Below the pieces are notes generated by a model, which had not been told where the DNA came from, did not search any database, and saw only the letters and a program-made list of their open reading frames with translations. From assembly GCF_009914755.1 (NCBI RefSeq), contig NC_060942.1: a stretch of 64,000 nucleotides of DNA. One strand, written 5' to 3'. Of the stretch, positions 50,558-64,000 are shown piece by piece. Each line of letters starts with the position of its first letter. Positions within the stretch are counted from its first letter, which is position 1. A program made the translations under genes and the position numbers. This DNA comes from the human T2T-CHM13v2.0 reference genome, Homo sapiens.

Positions 50558-51869
50558 CCTCATCTTTTCTCAGGAAGCCTCTGGAGAATGTACACCTCCA
50601 GGCAGAAAAAAGAAGATATAGTTGGTTCCAGGAAGCAGTTGATCCAATGCTAGGAAGTGGCAAAGAGAATGCCTTGACATACTTTGAAGTTAGACACGAG
50701 ACAGTAGCTAAGCAGCAAAAATGAGCAACAAGTCAGACTGGAGCAGAAAAGAGACTATAGGAAGGCACTGTCGAAGAAAAAACACAAGCAGAAATGAAGT
50801 CATTTTAGACTTGTGAAAAAAAAAAACAGGCAAAGAAACACAAAGAGGCAATTACTAACTCCAGGGAAGCAGAATTACATAAGAAATGGAAAATTTTCAT
50901 GCTACATGCTTTAAATCAGTTGTGAGTGACAATTATATATATATATATATATAACATATATTATATATTATATATATTAGCTTAACACAGTAAGAAATGC
51001 CAAGAGTGTGCAGTAGAAAGCTGTTATTTGAAATACGACATTAAATATTTTACAGTAGCTGCCTTTAGGGAGGGCCAAGGAGGATTATGAAAGAGTGAGG
51101 CAGAGGGCTCCTGATCTTGGAGTAGAGTTTAATGTTTTAACTTATGTAACTACTGTATTTTGGAAAATAGAAAATTAAAATTGAAAATAGGCAAAGCATT
51201 GAAGCAACAAATACACAGGGAAAGAACCTCTTACTAAACTTTTATCTCTTATGTCTCTCATATCTTATATCTATGTTTGTATCTATGTATCTTATATATT
51301 ATGTCTATACTTATTTCTTTGAAAAGCTCTGGCCAAATACTTATCAACAAATTGCAAAGATTTAAACATTTTCAACCTTGAGTTATCTCTCATAATAATT
51401 ACAAAAATAAATAGAAGCATAACAGGCATTACAAAGAATTTTGTCACAGTGTTTCATAAGAACAAAACAATTTAGAAGTCACATAAAAATACAAGAATTA
51501 GAAACAAGCAATCATATATTTATACAGTAAATGTTCTTCAATAAAATAATTATACTTTTGAAGAGTAATGCCATAAGGATAGGCTAATTTAAAATATAAG
51601 TAAACAGAGAAAAATGGAAAATAATATATCCAGTATTATACAAAATTTGTAAATAATATATATATATGGTATGCATATATAAAAGTTACATGGAAAGATG
51701 ATTTCATTGTTATTTTGTCTACTTTTTAGATTATCAGCAATGATTTTGTATCACTATATATAACGAGAAAAGACGTAATATTGGTTTACTATTCAACTTA
51801 AAATATTTTAAAAATTTTGTGTCTTTATGAAACTGTAATTTCATAGAAAAACCTTAAAATATAATGGAA

Positions 51870-53390
51870 ATGAGTTCAGTTTCTGGTAATGACATAGTAG
51901 CTTCTTGTAGATTGAAATTATAATCTGTGCACACAATATGAAAACAAAATATATGAAGGCACTGGAGAGTGACCAAAAGTAGGCAGAACCTGGAGGAGGT
52001 TCTTAAAAGAAGGAGACCCCAGGGAGAGAGATTCTTGTTGACTCAGCTTTTTCTTGGAAGACACCTAGCAGTCAGAACAAAAATCAACGGACTTCAGAGA
52101 AAAATAAGAGTGTCTGGAGTCGGTATAATGTCCAAAAATATCACAAATTGTGACTCATAGACAAGATAAAATTTACTCAGTGAACACTGACTCCAAGGTG
52201 ATCTGGGGTAATGAAATTTCAGAGAAGGACTTTAAAGCAGCTGTTATAAATACAGTCAAGGAATTAAGAAAGAGATGGAAATAATGAGTGAAAAAATAAG
52301 AAATTTTAGTAGAGAACAACAATATAAATATGGAATTAAAGACATAATCATGTATACATATAATAAAACATATAAATAATGCAAATGAAGTAAATACTTC
52401 AATTAAGAGTTTTACTAATTACAAAATTTACTGCATGTCACCTATATGAGATGAACTTTATATATAAAGATACAGAGAGATAAAGTAAAAGGATGCAAGG
52501 TACACCACATACCATGCAGATGTCAGTGTAAAGAATTCAATGTGTTTCTAAAATATCAGACAAAACTTGCATTAAGACATGGAATATTATCAGTGATAAA
52601 GGTCATTTTATAAAGGGTCGATTGGTTAAAAAGATATAACAGTCATAAATATGTATAAATATCTAACAAAGCTTCAATACACATGGAGCAAAAGCCAACA
52701 GAACTAAACAAATCTATAATCATAGTGGGAGATTTCAACACCTCTTGTCCAGTAATTGATAGAATACCAAAAAAATCATGAAGTTTATAGAAGTTGTAGA
52801 AAAGAACAATTATCTTAACATAATTGAGATTATAGATTTTGTGTCTAACAATTGCAGAATATACATCCTTTTCAAATGCAAAAGAACTTCACCTAAATAG
52901 ACAATAAATTATAATATAAGCTCCAGTAAATTACAAAAATGAATTTGTACAACGTATGTTCTCTGACCAACATAGACTTCATTGTAAACCAATGACACTA
53001 AGATATCGAGAAAATCCTTAAATATTTGTGAATTAAAGAACACATTTCTAAATATCTCATGGGTTAAAAAAAGAAACTGAATGGGAAATTTGAACATTTA
53101 CGGTAGAATGAAAATAAAAAGATAAAAATATTAAAATATGTGTGATATACCTAAAGCTATGCTTAGATAATACCTTATAACATATTTGCTTTTATTAGGA
53201 GAAACAAGGTTTAAAATCAGTTATCTAAATTTTTACTTTAAGAAGCTAGACAAAGAAACTTAACTGAAAGTAAGTAGAATTAGGAAAATCAGAGTAGAAA
53301 TCAATCAAATTAAAAACAGAGAGTAATCATGAAAATCTCAGGTGCATTACTTTCTGGTGGTCTAATTTAAAATGAGAAAAAAAGAAAAAG
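51870..53390 (+). mobile_element. Old L1M fragment including degraded endonuclease-region sequence
   Basis: ATAATCATAGTGGGAGATTTCAACAC (IIVGDFN-like), GCAGAATATACATCCTTTTCAAATGCA and TATGTTCTCTGACC are L1 ORF2 EN-domain motifs. Confidence 0.75.
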
Positions 53391-53872
53391 ATCAGTTGCA
53401 AATATCTAGTTTTTAAAATTAATTATCTTGAATATTAGGCATCTCAGGCAATTTTTTTGTCAAACACTTCTTCGGACCTACTTGATGGTTGACTTTTCTT
53501 ATAAGAGCTTAAAGAGAGGATGATCTGTATTGTGGAAGAAAAGTAGAGAAGGAGACAGGACATAGCTCATGTTTGCATTAGGGCCAGGAACACATACTAG
53601 CAGACCCAGACATGGAAATGATACAGAAACATAAAGTCCTACATTACTGGGGGTATTTCATGGTGGTTAAATGACTGAAAAAGTTGGTGATTCATACTTA
53701 ATTGTATATACAAAATGAATGTTATCAGGGGCTACCCCTACTGAAAATGAGGGAGTTTAACTTAAAAATGGTCAGAACATTTCAAGAGAAATCTTTAGTA
53801 AAAAAAAAAAAGCAGGTTACTGTAGTTATCTTTGAGGATACAGAGCATGTTGACAGATGTCTGGCCAGCTAG

Positions 53873-54228
<356 letters not shown>

Positions 54229-56414
54229 TCACCCATAAAGGAAAAAAAAAACTCCCAGGTAGCAAAAATAATAGGCATTGTAAAAGGAAAGAAGTATTTC
54301 TCACTAACCTGTTTGTGATTTTAATTCTGCATGACACTTCTGGGCTGTTCCAAAGCAAACTTACAGTCAATTCTTTCTTAACAAGAGCTCTTATTTTCTC
54401 CATTTCTCCTATCATTTTTGCTTCCTAATCCTCCCTCTCAAAAAAAAAAAAAAAAAAAAAAGAGAAAATAAAAGCAAAAGAAGAAGTACTGAATTGTTTC
54501 AGATGCTGTAATTAAAATACAAAGATTTTGGCAAGAGCTGGAGTTGTGGGGAGAGGGATGGAAAAGATTTCCACTACGAGAGTTTCTGATCTTGCTAATA
54601 GATGTACGTACCAGAGACAGAAATAAGCTAAACAAGGTTTCCAGTTTCCCTGCTCCTATAGCAATGCCTGGTATTCAGTTGGCAAAAAAATTAGCCTTGG
54701 CTCATAAAATCTAATTCCAGGAAATATTGTTACCATTTTATCTCTACATTTATCTTAGAAAGGAGGAAGATAGGTTAAAACTTTGTATCCAACATACAAT
54801 GGATTCAGAACAGTCTACATATAATTTTTTAAGTGGGTTCAATAAATCAATATGATGGCTAAGTACTTTCTTTGGTTTTAAACATGTCTGGAAATGCTCC
54901 TTTCATTATTCCCAATTTTCTGATAACTGGATGAATAAATAAAAATGTTTCAAAGAGTACCAGAATACAGTAGTATTTCTTTCCTCTCAGATACATTTTT
55001 AATATCTGTGATTGATCTTCCAAATTAAACCTAGAAATACTTCTGCCTTTGACTTTCCAGTCATACACATTGAAATGTGATTTACTGCCTCTTAGTTTCC
55101 TAGATACAAGCAATTACATTGCTTGCATTTAGGACTATTTTAAGTGAAGTGCTGATAAAACCAGTTAAGTCTTCCCAGACCTAAGCAGTTATTAGGTTCT
55201 ATGCTTTCTGTAACCCTTCTTTTAAATGAACTAATATGATTTTGTTCTCATGAAATAGTTTGGAATGATATTAATACAGACCAAAATGTTAGAAAATATT
55301 AAATGTATTTTAAGTCACTTTTAATATTATAAAACATCAGCACAATTTTTCTCTTTTATAAAAAACAATCTAACAGTAATGTGGTTTTAAAAAAATACAC
55401 AGACATAGTATTTTACCTCCTTGCTGTTGACCTTAACACAAAACCTTTCTGGGGGACCAGTATAACATTCCTATTCTTGAGTCATTACTCTGACTTTCAG
55501 TAGCATCCTATATTGATTTTAAGATCTCGCTTATGGCTTTTTAGGCATTTCATGGTTTAAATATTCTATACCTTTCAGATTGATTACTTCTATATTATCT
55601 GTCACTTTTTTATTGTTAGAGCAGGGGCCGCTTTCTGCTCTGTTGTCACAAATGGATTCCCATGAGGCTAACACTTGTCATGCATCTTGCCAACAGAAAT
55701 TGCTACTCCTTGAAGTAAGTAATTTGGAACCTCTTACAGCTTTTTAAAACGTAGGTGTAACTTTTTCTTTTCCACTGGATTTGGAATGCTCACTTATCTG
55801 AGGGTTTGTTCTTAGACTAACTGGAATGATTTTGGAGAAGCTTTTGTAAACACTAGATACATGAGCTTCTTGATAGTAGTGTTTATCTACTTCCCCTTCC
55901 TAAAAGTGTGTCAAACAAGCATTTTCTGGAATGCAACAGCTGTTTAAATTGCTTTCTTATCACTGATCTCAAGACTTTCCTAATATTATTTCTGTGCCTT
56001 CCCTAAAGGGGATGACTGTTTCTTCAAGATGTAGTCTAATTTGCCAAAGTTCTCAGTGATCTAATTGGTATATCTTCCTTTTTCCCTAAGAAAGCTATGA
56101 AAATACTTGTAGCCCCAGAATTTCCACAGAAAACGTCTACCTTCAATCTACAGTTAGTACAAAAATCATTGTTAATTGTAAATTTGATATCTGTACTTTA
56201 TTTCCATAGAATTATCTAAAAATTAAAATTTTAAATTCATGTACTCTAAAATATCAGTTTAAAATGCATCGTAATTTTGCAATTTAAAAAAACTAAAATT
56301 TTTATAAACAATATGCATTATAATTTAAAAAGGGAAAATTTTAGACCAATTTATATTTTAGTGCCAAATACTGTCATAATTCCTATAAGTTAAATATCAT
56401 TACTATAAACATTC

Positions 56415-56580
56415 ACAGAATTGCAGAATGTGGTATCTGAAGGGCCTTTCAAGATCATCTAATCCAAATTCTTTATTTCAAAGACAATGATTTGTTTAAG
56501 GTTAAATATTTAGTGAAAGGAGTAGGAATTACAATGTTATTTTTTGTATGTTATGACAAGCCAATTTTCTCTACACTAAA
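56415..56580 (-). mobile_element. MIR3/MIRc fragment
   Basis: GAAGGGCCTTTCAAGATCATCTAATCCAAATTC. Confidence 0.55.
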
Positions 56581-57131
56581 GTGTCTGCCTCAGAATTTTT
56601 TCCAAGTTATTGCCAGAGTGAAGATAATAAATTGGAAGAAAAATTTAAAAATAAAACTTGTATTTATGGAAGACCCAGGCTTACCTCCCATTTTAAAGGT
56701 ACGTTAGTTATTAAAAATACATCATTTGAATGCAGTAGGTTTATGGGCTGACAATTTGACAGTATTTACTCTTATAATTGGATGAGGACAGCCTCGTTGT
56801 CATATAAAAATTTTTAATACTATGCATAATAGAACTCACTTTTTCATAAGAAAAATGTTCTTATGAATAAACAACAGATTCTGCAATACGGAATAATAGA
56901 GGCCATGTGATTAATTTATTATGGGTCACAGTTATACATTTTTGGGCCATTTTCTGGCATATGTAATTAACGGCAAAAGTGTAAAAACTGATTGTAACAA
57001 TAAATAATTTCCCAGATGTTTGCATTTGTGGAAGATCATGTCATATAATTCCTCTTTCTAGAAAATTACTGGGAGGAAAAAAATGTAAAATCTTTATGAA
57101 AGTGGCCTAGTGCCATTTTGTTGAACATTAT

Positions 57132-57574
57132 GGTATGATTTTGCTGATGCAGCTGTAACAACTACCACAAAGTAAGTGGCTCCAATCAATACAAATGTAT
57201 TCTCTTACAGTTCCAAAGATCAGAAGTCAGAAAGAAATCTTATGGGGCTAAAATCAAGAGGTTAGCAGAGCTAGTTCCTTCTGGAGGCTCCAGGAAAAGA
57301 ATTTGCTTTCTTGGCTAGTAGCCCCAAATCACGTCTCACTTTCCATTATCATGTCACCTTTTTCCTTCTGTTGTCAAATCTCTGTGCCTCTCTCTTATAA
57401 GGACATTTGTTATTACATTTTGGGCCTGCTCAAATAGATCCGGGTAATCCCCTTATTTCAAAATCCTTAATTTAATCACATCTTTAGAGTCCTTTTTTCC
57501 AAGTAAGATTACATTCACAGGTTCTGGTGATTAGGATGTAGATATCTTAGGGCACCATTATTTAGTCTACCAGA
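57132..57574 (-). mobile_element. MLT1C-like solo LTR
   Basis: GCTGTAACAACTACCACAAA ... TTCCTTCTGGAGGCTCCAGG ... CTTATAAGGACA ... CCTTAATTTAATCACATC ... CATTATTTAGTCTACCA. Confidence 0.85.
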
Positions 57575-59511
57575 ATTAATACTAATTTTAAGACATATGT
57601 TTGTTCTCATTTAAATAGTATCTATCTGGAGGTAGAAATAAACAGGTTTTTAAATACTTAAATTATCTTTTTGGGTAGTTATTTAACTCTAACCTATACA
57701 GAAAACTTCTAACAGGACAGATGACCCCTTGACTTAGTAACAATAGCATTCCTATCAATCATCAGAGTAAGAAAGTGGTTATATTACAAAAACTGCCTTT
57801 AATTATCTCTTTTCAAAGATGTAAGGATTTAGAGTTCCTCTAAGGAAGAAGACAAAGCCCAAAGAAATAATTCAAGAGAGGAAAGCATTGGAATATGGCC
57901 CTCAGGAAAGCTACTTACTTCCATGTTTCTGTACAATTGAGTTTCTGCTTCAATGACTCAAGATAGCTGGGAGGGAAACATCCATTCCAAAGATCTAATT
58001 CTGGCATATAACTTATATGAAATTAAAATTTATTATTCATCTTCTACGACAGTCTTGGTAAATGAATGGTATTGAATTATATTTTCTTGAATTGAAATAT
58101 ACACTTGAATTTGTGTTCACAGATGTCCTCTTTTAATTTACTTGACATATATGTCTTTTTAGCCACGTTTTTGGTAAATAATCTGTGTGATTCAATTTAA
58201 AATGCCTATACTGCAAACCACTACAAGTATTATTTATTTTATCTTGTAATTTTATATTCAAGTATTCACATGACTCTCAATCTTGCCTTAGATAAGTAGA
58301 ATTTTCAAAGTGTAAACACTTGGTCAATATTCTCTAATGTTCTCCTTTAGTCATAGGACACAGGTCAATAGCAAAGGTATTTCTCTCGATACTCTGTCCA
58401 TCAAGAAAGCAGGGTGCTTTGGTTCTGGGCTCGGGGTTTATTTCCTAGTTAAAGGTCAACATCATTGCTCACAGAACAAAATCCTTATTTACTACCATTC
58501 CTGGATCTGGTTCCAGTCAAAGAAGCATCTTGGTTTAAGTGTTTCTGTTTTATAGGAGTCTGAGTCTTCAGCCACTATTCATGGTCTTGGAGACTTGAAT
58601 GATATTTTCCAAGCTTTGGCGAGTAACCACACTACTTCCTCCTCACATACCTTATGCTTTCTAAATACCCATCCACTTGACTCTTCATTACATTTTCCAA
58701 AAAATTACCCTGATTAATTCTACCCTTTCTAGATTGCCAAATGCCAAATAGGAAAGAGAATGGCAACAATGTCCCCAAAATATGTAACTTTGGAAAATCT
58801 ATTTTATTTCACACATAAGTAAACAAATTCTCAAAATAGCATTTCTAAAATTAAAAAATAGATCAACTGTTCTAGCCTTGTACATATGATTTAAAAGAGC
58901 AGAATTTTAACCTCAAGCTACTGAGAGGTATAAAAGAATAGAGAGCAACAAGAAGAATGGAATTCCAGGAAAAAAGAATAGTGGAGTTAAATTATCTATA
59001 GACCTTGGAAAATCAAAGATCTGCTTAGGAAATGCTTCAGAACACTGAAAGCCTATTTTTAAAAGTATGCAAAGCATTTTACCCATTTCCTGTGCCCAAT
59101 TTCCACTTCATATTTCCAAGGCTATCACATGAACACCGAGACTAATGAAAACTACATGTGTGGAGTAGAGAAAATGGGTGACACATTCTATCAGGATTTA
59201 GTTCTACACAATATATGAAAAGGCCATTCTCTGTCCCATAACTTTCCAACTTTTTCTTACGAGGCTAACAATCTCTCCTTTACTGACAGCCTTCCTATTC
59301 ATATTTTATAGATATATATTGGATTCCCACCAGGCTTGTTTGCAATTTGAATTGCCTCAAAACTTTCCTATGGGCAAGGGTTGGCAGGAATCCTCTCTCG
59401 ATCTTATTTAAAGAGCAGAGGTTTAGAATTCTCCTAAATGGATAGAGTTATCCTATCCATTCACAATTACCTTCAGGTTTTCTGGAGACTTACTATAAAT
59501 AAGAATTTGTT

Positions 59512-60140
59512 TCCAGCTTCATCCATGTCCCTACACAGGACATGAACTCATCATTTTTTATGGCTGCGTAGTATTCCATGGTGTATATGTGCCACATTTT
59601 CTTAATCTAGTCTATCATTGTTGGACATTTGGGTTGGTTCCAAGTCTTTGCTATTGTGAATAGTGCCACAATAAACATATGTGTGCATGTGTCTTTATAG
59701 CAGCATGATTTATAATCCTTTGGGTATATACCCAGTAATGGGATTGCTGGGTCAAATGGTATTTCTAGTTCTAGATCCCTGGGGAATCGCCACACTGACT
59801 TCCACAATGGTTGAACTAGTTTACAGTCCCACCAACAGTGTAAAAGCTGGAAACCATCATTCTCAGCAAACTATCGCAAGGACAGAAAACCAAACACCGC
59901 ATGTTCTCACTCATAGGTGGGAACTGAACAATGAGAACACATGGACACAGGAAAGGGAACATCACACACCGGGGCCTATTGTGGGGTGAGGGGAGAGGGG
60001 AGGGATAGCATTAGGAGATATATCTAATGTTAAATGACGAGTTAATGGGTGCAGCACACCAACACGGCACATGTATACATATGTAACTAACCTGCACGTT
60101 GTGCACATGTACCCTAAAACTTAAAGTATAATTTAAAAAA
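59512..60140 (+). mobile_element. L1PA4-like insertion with 5' inversion (inverted 59512-59846, direct 59844-60140)
   Basis: Minus-strand ORF2 piece ([25 protein letters not shown]) is joined to a plus-strand 3' end with poly(A); TSD AA(G/T)AATTTGTT at 59501-59511 and 60141-60151. Confidence 0.93.
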
Positions 60141-60219
60141 AATAATTTGTTAAAGTTCATTTGTAATAACTATCAATCTGAACTACAAATCTAGCTGAAA
60201 TATTCTCAACATAATTTTA

Positions 60220-61043
60220 TGTTTTTATTACTTTTTTAAACTATTATTTTAGGTTCAGGGTTACATGTACAGGTTTGTTATACAGGTAAACTCATGTCAC
60301 AGAGGTTTGTTGTACACATTTCATCACCCAGATATTAAGCCTAGTACCTATTAGTTATTTTTTCTGATCCTCTCCCTCCTCCAAACATCCACCCTCAAGC
60401 AGGCCCTAATGTCTGTTGTTCCTCTTTTTGTGTCCATGAGTTATCACCATTTAGCTCCCATTTATAAGTGAGAACACGAGGTATTTAGTTTTCTGTTCCT
60501 GCATTAGTTTGCCAAGGATGATGGCCTCCAGCTCTGTCCATGTTCCCGCAAAAGACATGATGCCATTCTTTTTTATGGATGCATAGTATTCCATGCTGTA
60601 TATGTACCGTATTTTATTTATCTAATGTATCACTGATGGGTATGCAGGTTGATTGCATGTTTTTTTCTATTGTGAATAGTGCTGCAATGAATGTTCGTGT
60701 GTATGTGTCTTTAGGGTAGACGGATTTATATTCCCTTGGATATAAACTCAGTAATGGGATTGGTAGGTCGAATGGTAGTTCTGTTTTTAGCTCTTTGAGG
60801 AATTGCCATACTGCTTTCCACAGGCTGAACTAATTTACACTCCCACCAGCGGTGTATAAACGTTCCCTTTTCTCCACAACCTCGCCAGTATCTGTTATTT
60901 TTTGACTTTTTAATAATTGCCATTCTGACTGGTATGAGATGGTATCTCACTGTCGTTTTTGATTTGCGTTTCTCCAATGATCAGTGATATTGAGCGTTTT
61001 TTTCATATGCTTTTTGGCCACATGCATATCTTCTTTTGAAAAG
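60220..61043 (-). mobile_element. L1PA13-like 5'-truncated LINE-1
   Basis: Reverse 3' UTR and ORF2 end ([25 protein letters not shown]); perfect 12-bp TSD AACATAATTTTA at 60208-60219 and 61044-61055. Confidence 0.93.
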
Positions 61044-61862
61044 AACATAATTTTAAATAATACCTTTTCAATGTTAAATTTTCAGAAGTCAAGTTAAAAT
61101 ATATAAACATATAGTCTGCCAACACTCAATGACTAAGCCAGGGCACATGTGATTTGTACATACAGTCCCAATTCTACAACACAAGTCTCATTTAAATAGA
61201 TGCTTTTTACTATTTCTAAAGCAACAATGATAATAACATAGAAAATAGAGAACCATGGCCCTAGTATAAATGATGGAATCAGAATTCATTTTTCTCATAA
61301 AATTATTATCTATATACTTATCAGCTATTACTAAAAAGTCAAGTACCTGATAAAAAGAATCAACTGCTTTAGATAAGATTTCATATGCAATAAATCAATT
61401 CTGCTCTTCAGTACCCCCTTTTTCTAAGAACTTTGACTTTACTAAATTGCTATAGCTATTCTATAATAAAATAATTTGCATTTGACATGAAAATAATATT
61501 TACTAGTCATGAAACTTTGGCAGCCAAAACTAATCACATCAATTAAAAGATACTAAACAAGCAAAATAATTCTTTGGTGTCAGAATGTTGTTTCAGTAAG
61601 TTTTAGTTAAGTCTTATACTATTTAAAAGAGTGTTACTGTGCAGCAATAATTTTTCCAATCATATTGCATAAAATCAATTGCATCTGTGGAAAGTTAAAT
61701 GCGAAAATATATTTGAAATAATATAGTAACTTTATATCAGAACATGTATAACTGCAATTCAATCCATGGCTGATATTTGCCACACCCTGCTTCCACTTGG
61801 TTTATAGAAATATCTGTGAACTAAACTGAGTATCCTACATAAGTCAAATTTGCTTACATTAA

Positions 61863-62222
<360 letters not shown>

Positions 62223-62896
62223 TAGTATTCTTAAAAATTATTAAGAAACGCAAAAGGCTTTTGATTGTATAGGTTGTATCTACTGATAATTACCATTTTG
62301 GAAATGAAAACTGAGAAATTAGAAAATATGTATTAATTCATTATAAATAGCAATAATAAATAACATATTTTTTGTGCAAAATAACTATCTTCCCTAGCAA
62401 AAAAAAAAAATGGTGGTAAGAAGGGCAGTGTTTAACATTTTTCAAATTTCTTTAATATCTGGGTTAATTAAAAAAGAGATGGATTCTCTTATCTGCTTCT
62501 AAATTGGGTATATTGCCATTTGTTATTTTGGTTATAGTATTTGGAGAAAATCCAGCCTCAGATATGTAGCCGGAAATGGGAGGGTATTTTCAGATAATTG
62601 TGGATATTTTTCTTTGATACTACACCCCAACTCAGCAAGAGGTAGTTTTTGAAATATTATTTACAGTTTGGACTCAGAAGTCATATCAATAAACCTTTTA
62701 TACCTTGTTGAATTAAAATCCACTGGTAATATCATGCATTGGTCATTTTGGTGTATTAGTTTGTGGAGTTATGCAGGTCTTCCAAATACTGATAAATGCA
62801 TTATGTCATTTAAAAATCCCATTTGTTAATATCATGCTTATCTTTTTAGAAAAGTCTGTACATTTTGGAAGGACGTCAAGCTCTCAATAGCACGTA

Positions 62897-63330
62897 CAAT
62901 ACTTTTGATACACTTGTGGTTTGAATCTGCAGATGTGAAAGTTTCTTTATCCAAGACAATGCAAAAATAATATGAATTAAAACAAAAACAAAGACAAAAA
63001 AAAACAGCTGAGTGCAGTGCACATGCCTGTAGTCTGAGCTGCCCCAGAGTCTGAGGTGGGCAAATCACTTGGGCCCAGAAGTCCAGCCTGGACAACAGAG
63101 CATTACCCTATCTCTAAACAACAAACCCAATCTAGTATAACAACAATTTACACAGTGTTTACATTGTATTAGGTATTAGAAGTAATCTAGAGATTATTTA
63201 AGGATTCAGGAGGATGTGTGTAGACTATATGCAAATACTATGCCATTGTATGTTGGGAACTTGCATCCTCAGGTTTTGGTATCTGCAGGGGTCCTAGAAC
63301 CAATCCCCCTTGGACACTGAAGGATGACTG
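62897..63330 (-). mobile_element. MER2 Tigger element, interrupted by an Alu monomer
   Basis: TTTACATTGTATTAGGTATTAGAAGTAATCTAGAGAT ... GGGGTCCTAGAACCAATCCCC ... GGATGACTG. Confidence 0.85.
63005..63128 (+). mobile_element. FLAM-like Alu monomer
   Basis: GCTGAGTGCAGTGCACATGCCTGTAGT ... CCAGCCTGGACAACAGAG ... TCTCTAAA. Confidence 0.7.
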
Positions 63331-63686
63331 AATAAGTTCTACAAAATTCTAATTTTCATTTGAAAGCTCAAATGTTTTATGGACAATAAATATTATAACT
63401 TGTTTTATTTGAAGTGACAGGCCCATTTTGTTCATTTTCAAGCAAATGTATGTCAAATGGTTTAGTCTGAATAATCACAGTTTGCCTGTCAATTGTTAAG
63501 TAAAAATGATGTTTTATTTAAAAAAAAGGCTAGTTCAATTCACAGCTCCAAATATCACACAAGTGCTTTTCCTAGAGACAGCTTACTTTGATGTGCAGCA
63601 GAACTGTTTTAAATGTACTTCACAATTCATCACAAAGAATATGTACTAAAGTGTTGAGATTTAATGCAATTAATATCAATTTTATT

Positions 63687-63731
63687 TTACTTTCAATGGA
63701 AAAAAAAGCAATTATTTTTGCACCAACCTAA
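63687..63731. mobile_element. MADE1 mariner MITE, right arm only
   Basis: TTACTTTCAATGGAAAAAAAAGCAATTATTTTTGCACCAACCTAA|TA. Confidence 0.8.
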
Positions 63732-64000
63732 TATTTACAACAACAACTAAACTCTTAATTACAGTTCACCATACAAGTGCCTGGCAGTGAGAAACACAGT
63801 GAGTACTTTTGGCACCACTGCCTTGGTTTATATTAAGGTATCAGCAGTTGTATCCACCATTGTTTTTACACCATGAGCACAAATGTCAACAGAGTGAAAA
63901 AGACAGATATCTTACTACTATTTGAAAATAGTTTATAGGTCCTTCCTCTCCCCCTCTTTCTTCTGGAAAGGGTCTTATGGATCCCCAAGGGCTTATAGAT

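Larger units (their letters stand above)
47100..51190 (+). mobile_element. HAL1 (half-L1)-like element, fragmented by L1PB, MIR and MLT1 insertions
   Basis: CTACAGTGAAGATTAACAGTC before the L1PB, degraded ORF1-like A-rich stretch 49130-50120, TTTCTCAGGAAGCCTCTGGAGAATGT at ~50566 and an A-rich 3' end ~51160-51188 match my recall of HAL1. Confidence 0.55.

Noticed and set aside
59437-59461. 9-bp hairpin AATGGATAG/CTATCCATT, and similar AT-rich 10-bp stems near 32783 and 56843
   Set aside because: Stems of this size are expected by chance in 64 kb of AT-rich DNA and have no supporting context.

Overview
This is AT-rich primate (most likely human or great ape) non-coding DNA, either intronic or intergenic. 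I find no protein-coding gene, RNA gene or CpG-island promoter: the ORFs in the track are retroelement remnants (L1 ORF2, ERVL pol/dUTPase, THE1 internal ORF, Alu/SVA) or look like chance. The window is a layered record of transposon insertions (MIR/L2, MLT1/MLT2/THE1, hAT/Tigger/Mutator elements, HAL1, L1M/L1PB/L1PA, Alu, SVA). Best-supported highlights: (1) a full-length SVA with a very short VNTR and a ~195-bp 3' transduction of a MaLR LTR that supplied the poly(A) signal, all inside a perfect 17-bp TSD; (2) a 5.2-kb nested MLT1 > ERVL > 2x L1PA structure bounded by a GGCTT TSD, containing an inverted second copy of the ERVL dUTPase segment; (3) a twin-primed L1PA; (4) a full-length THE1 with a perfect DUX4 motif only in its 3' LTR; (5) a repeat-poor block (~20-36 kb) with palindromic or enhancer-like elements. 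Repeat family names come from my recall of consensus sequences, not a database search, so subfamily calls are approximate. I cannot support a claim of a new biological system here.
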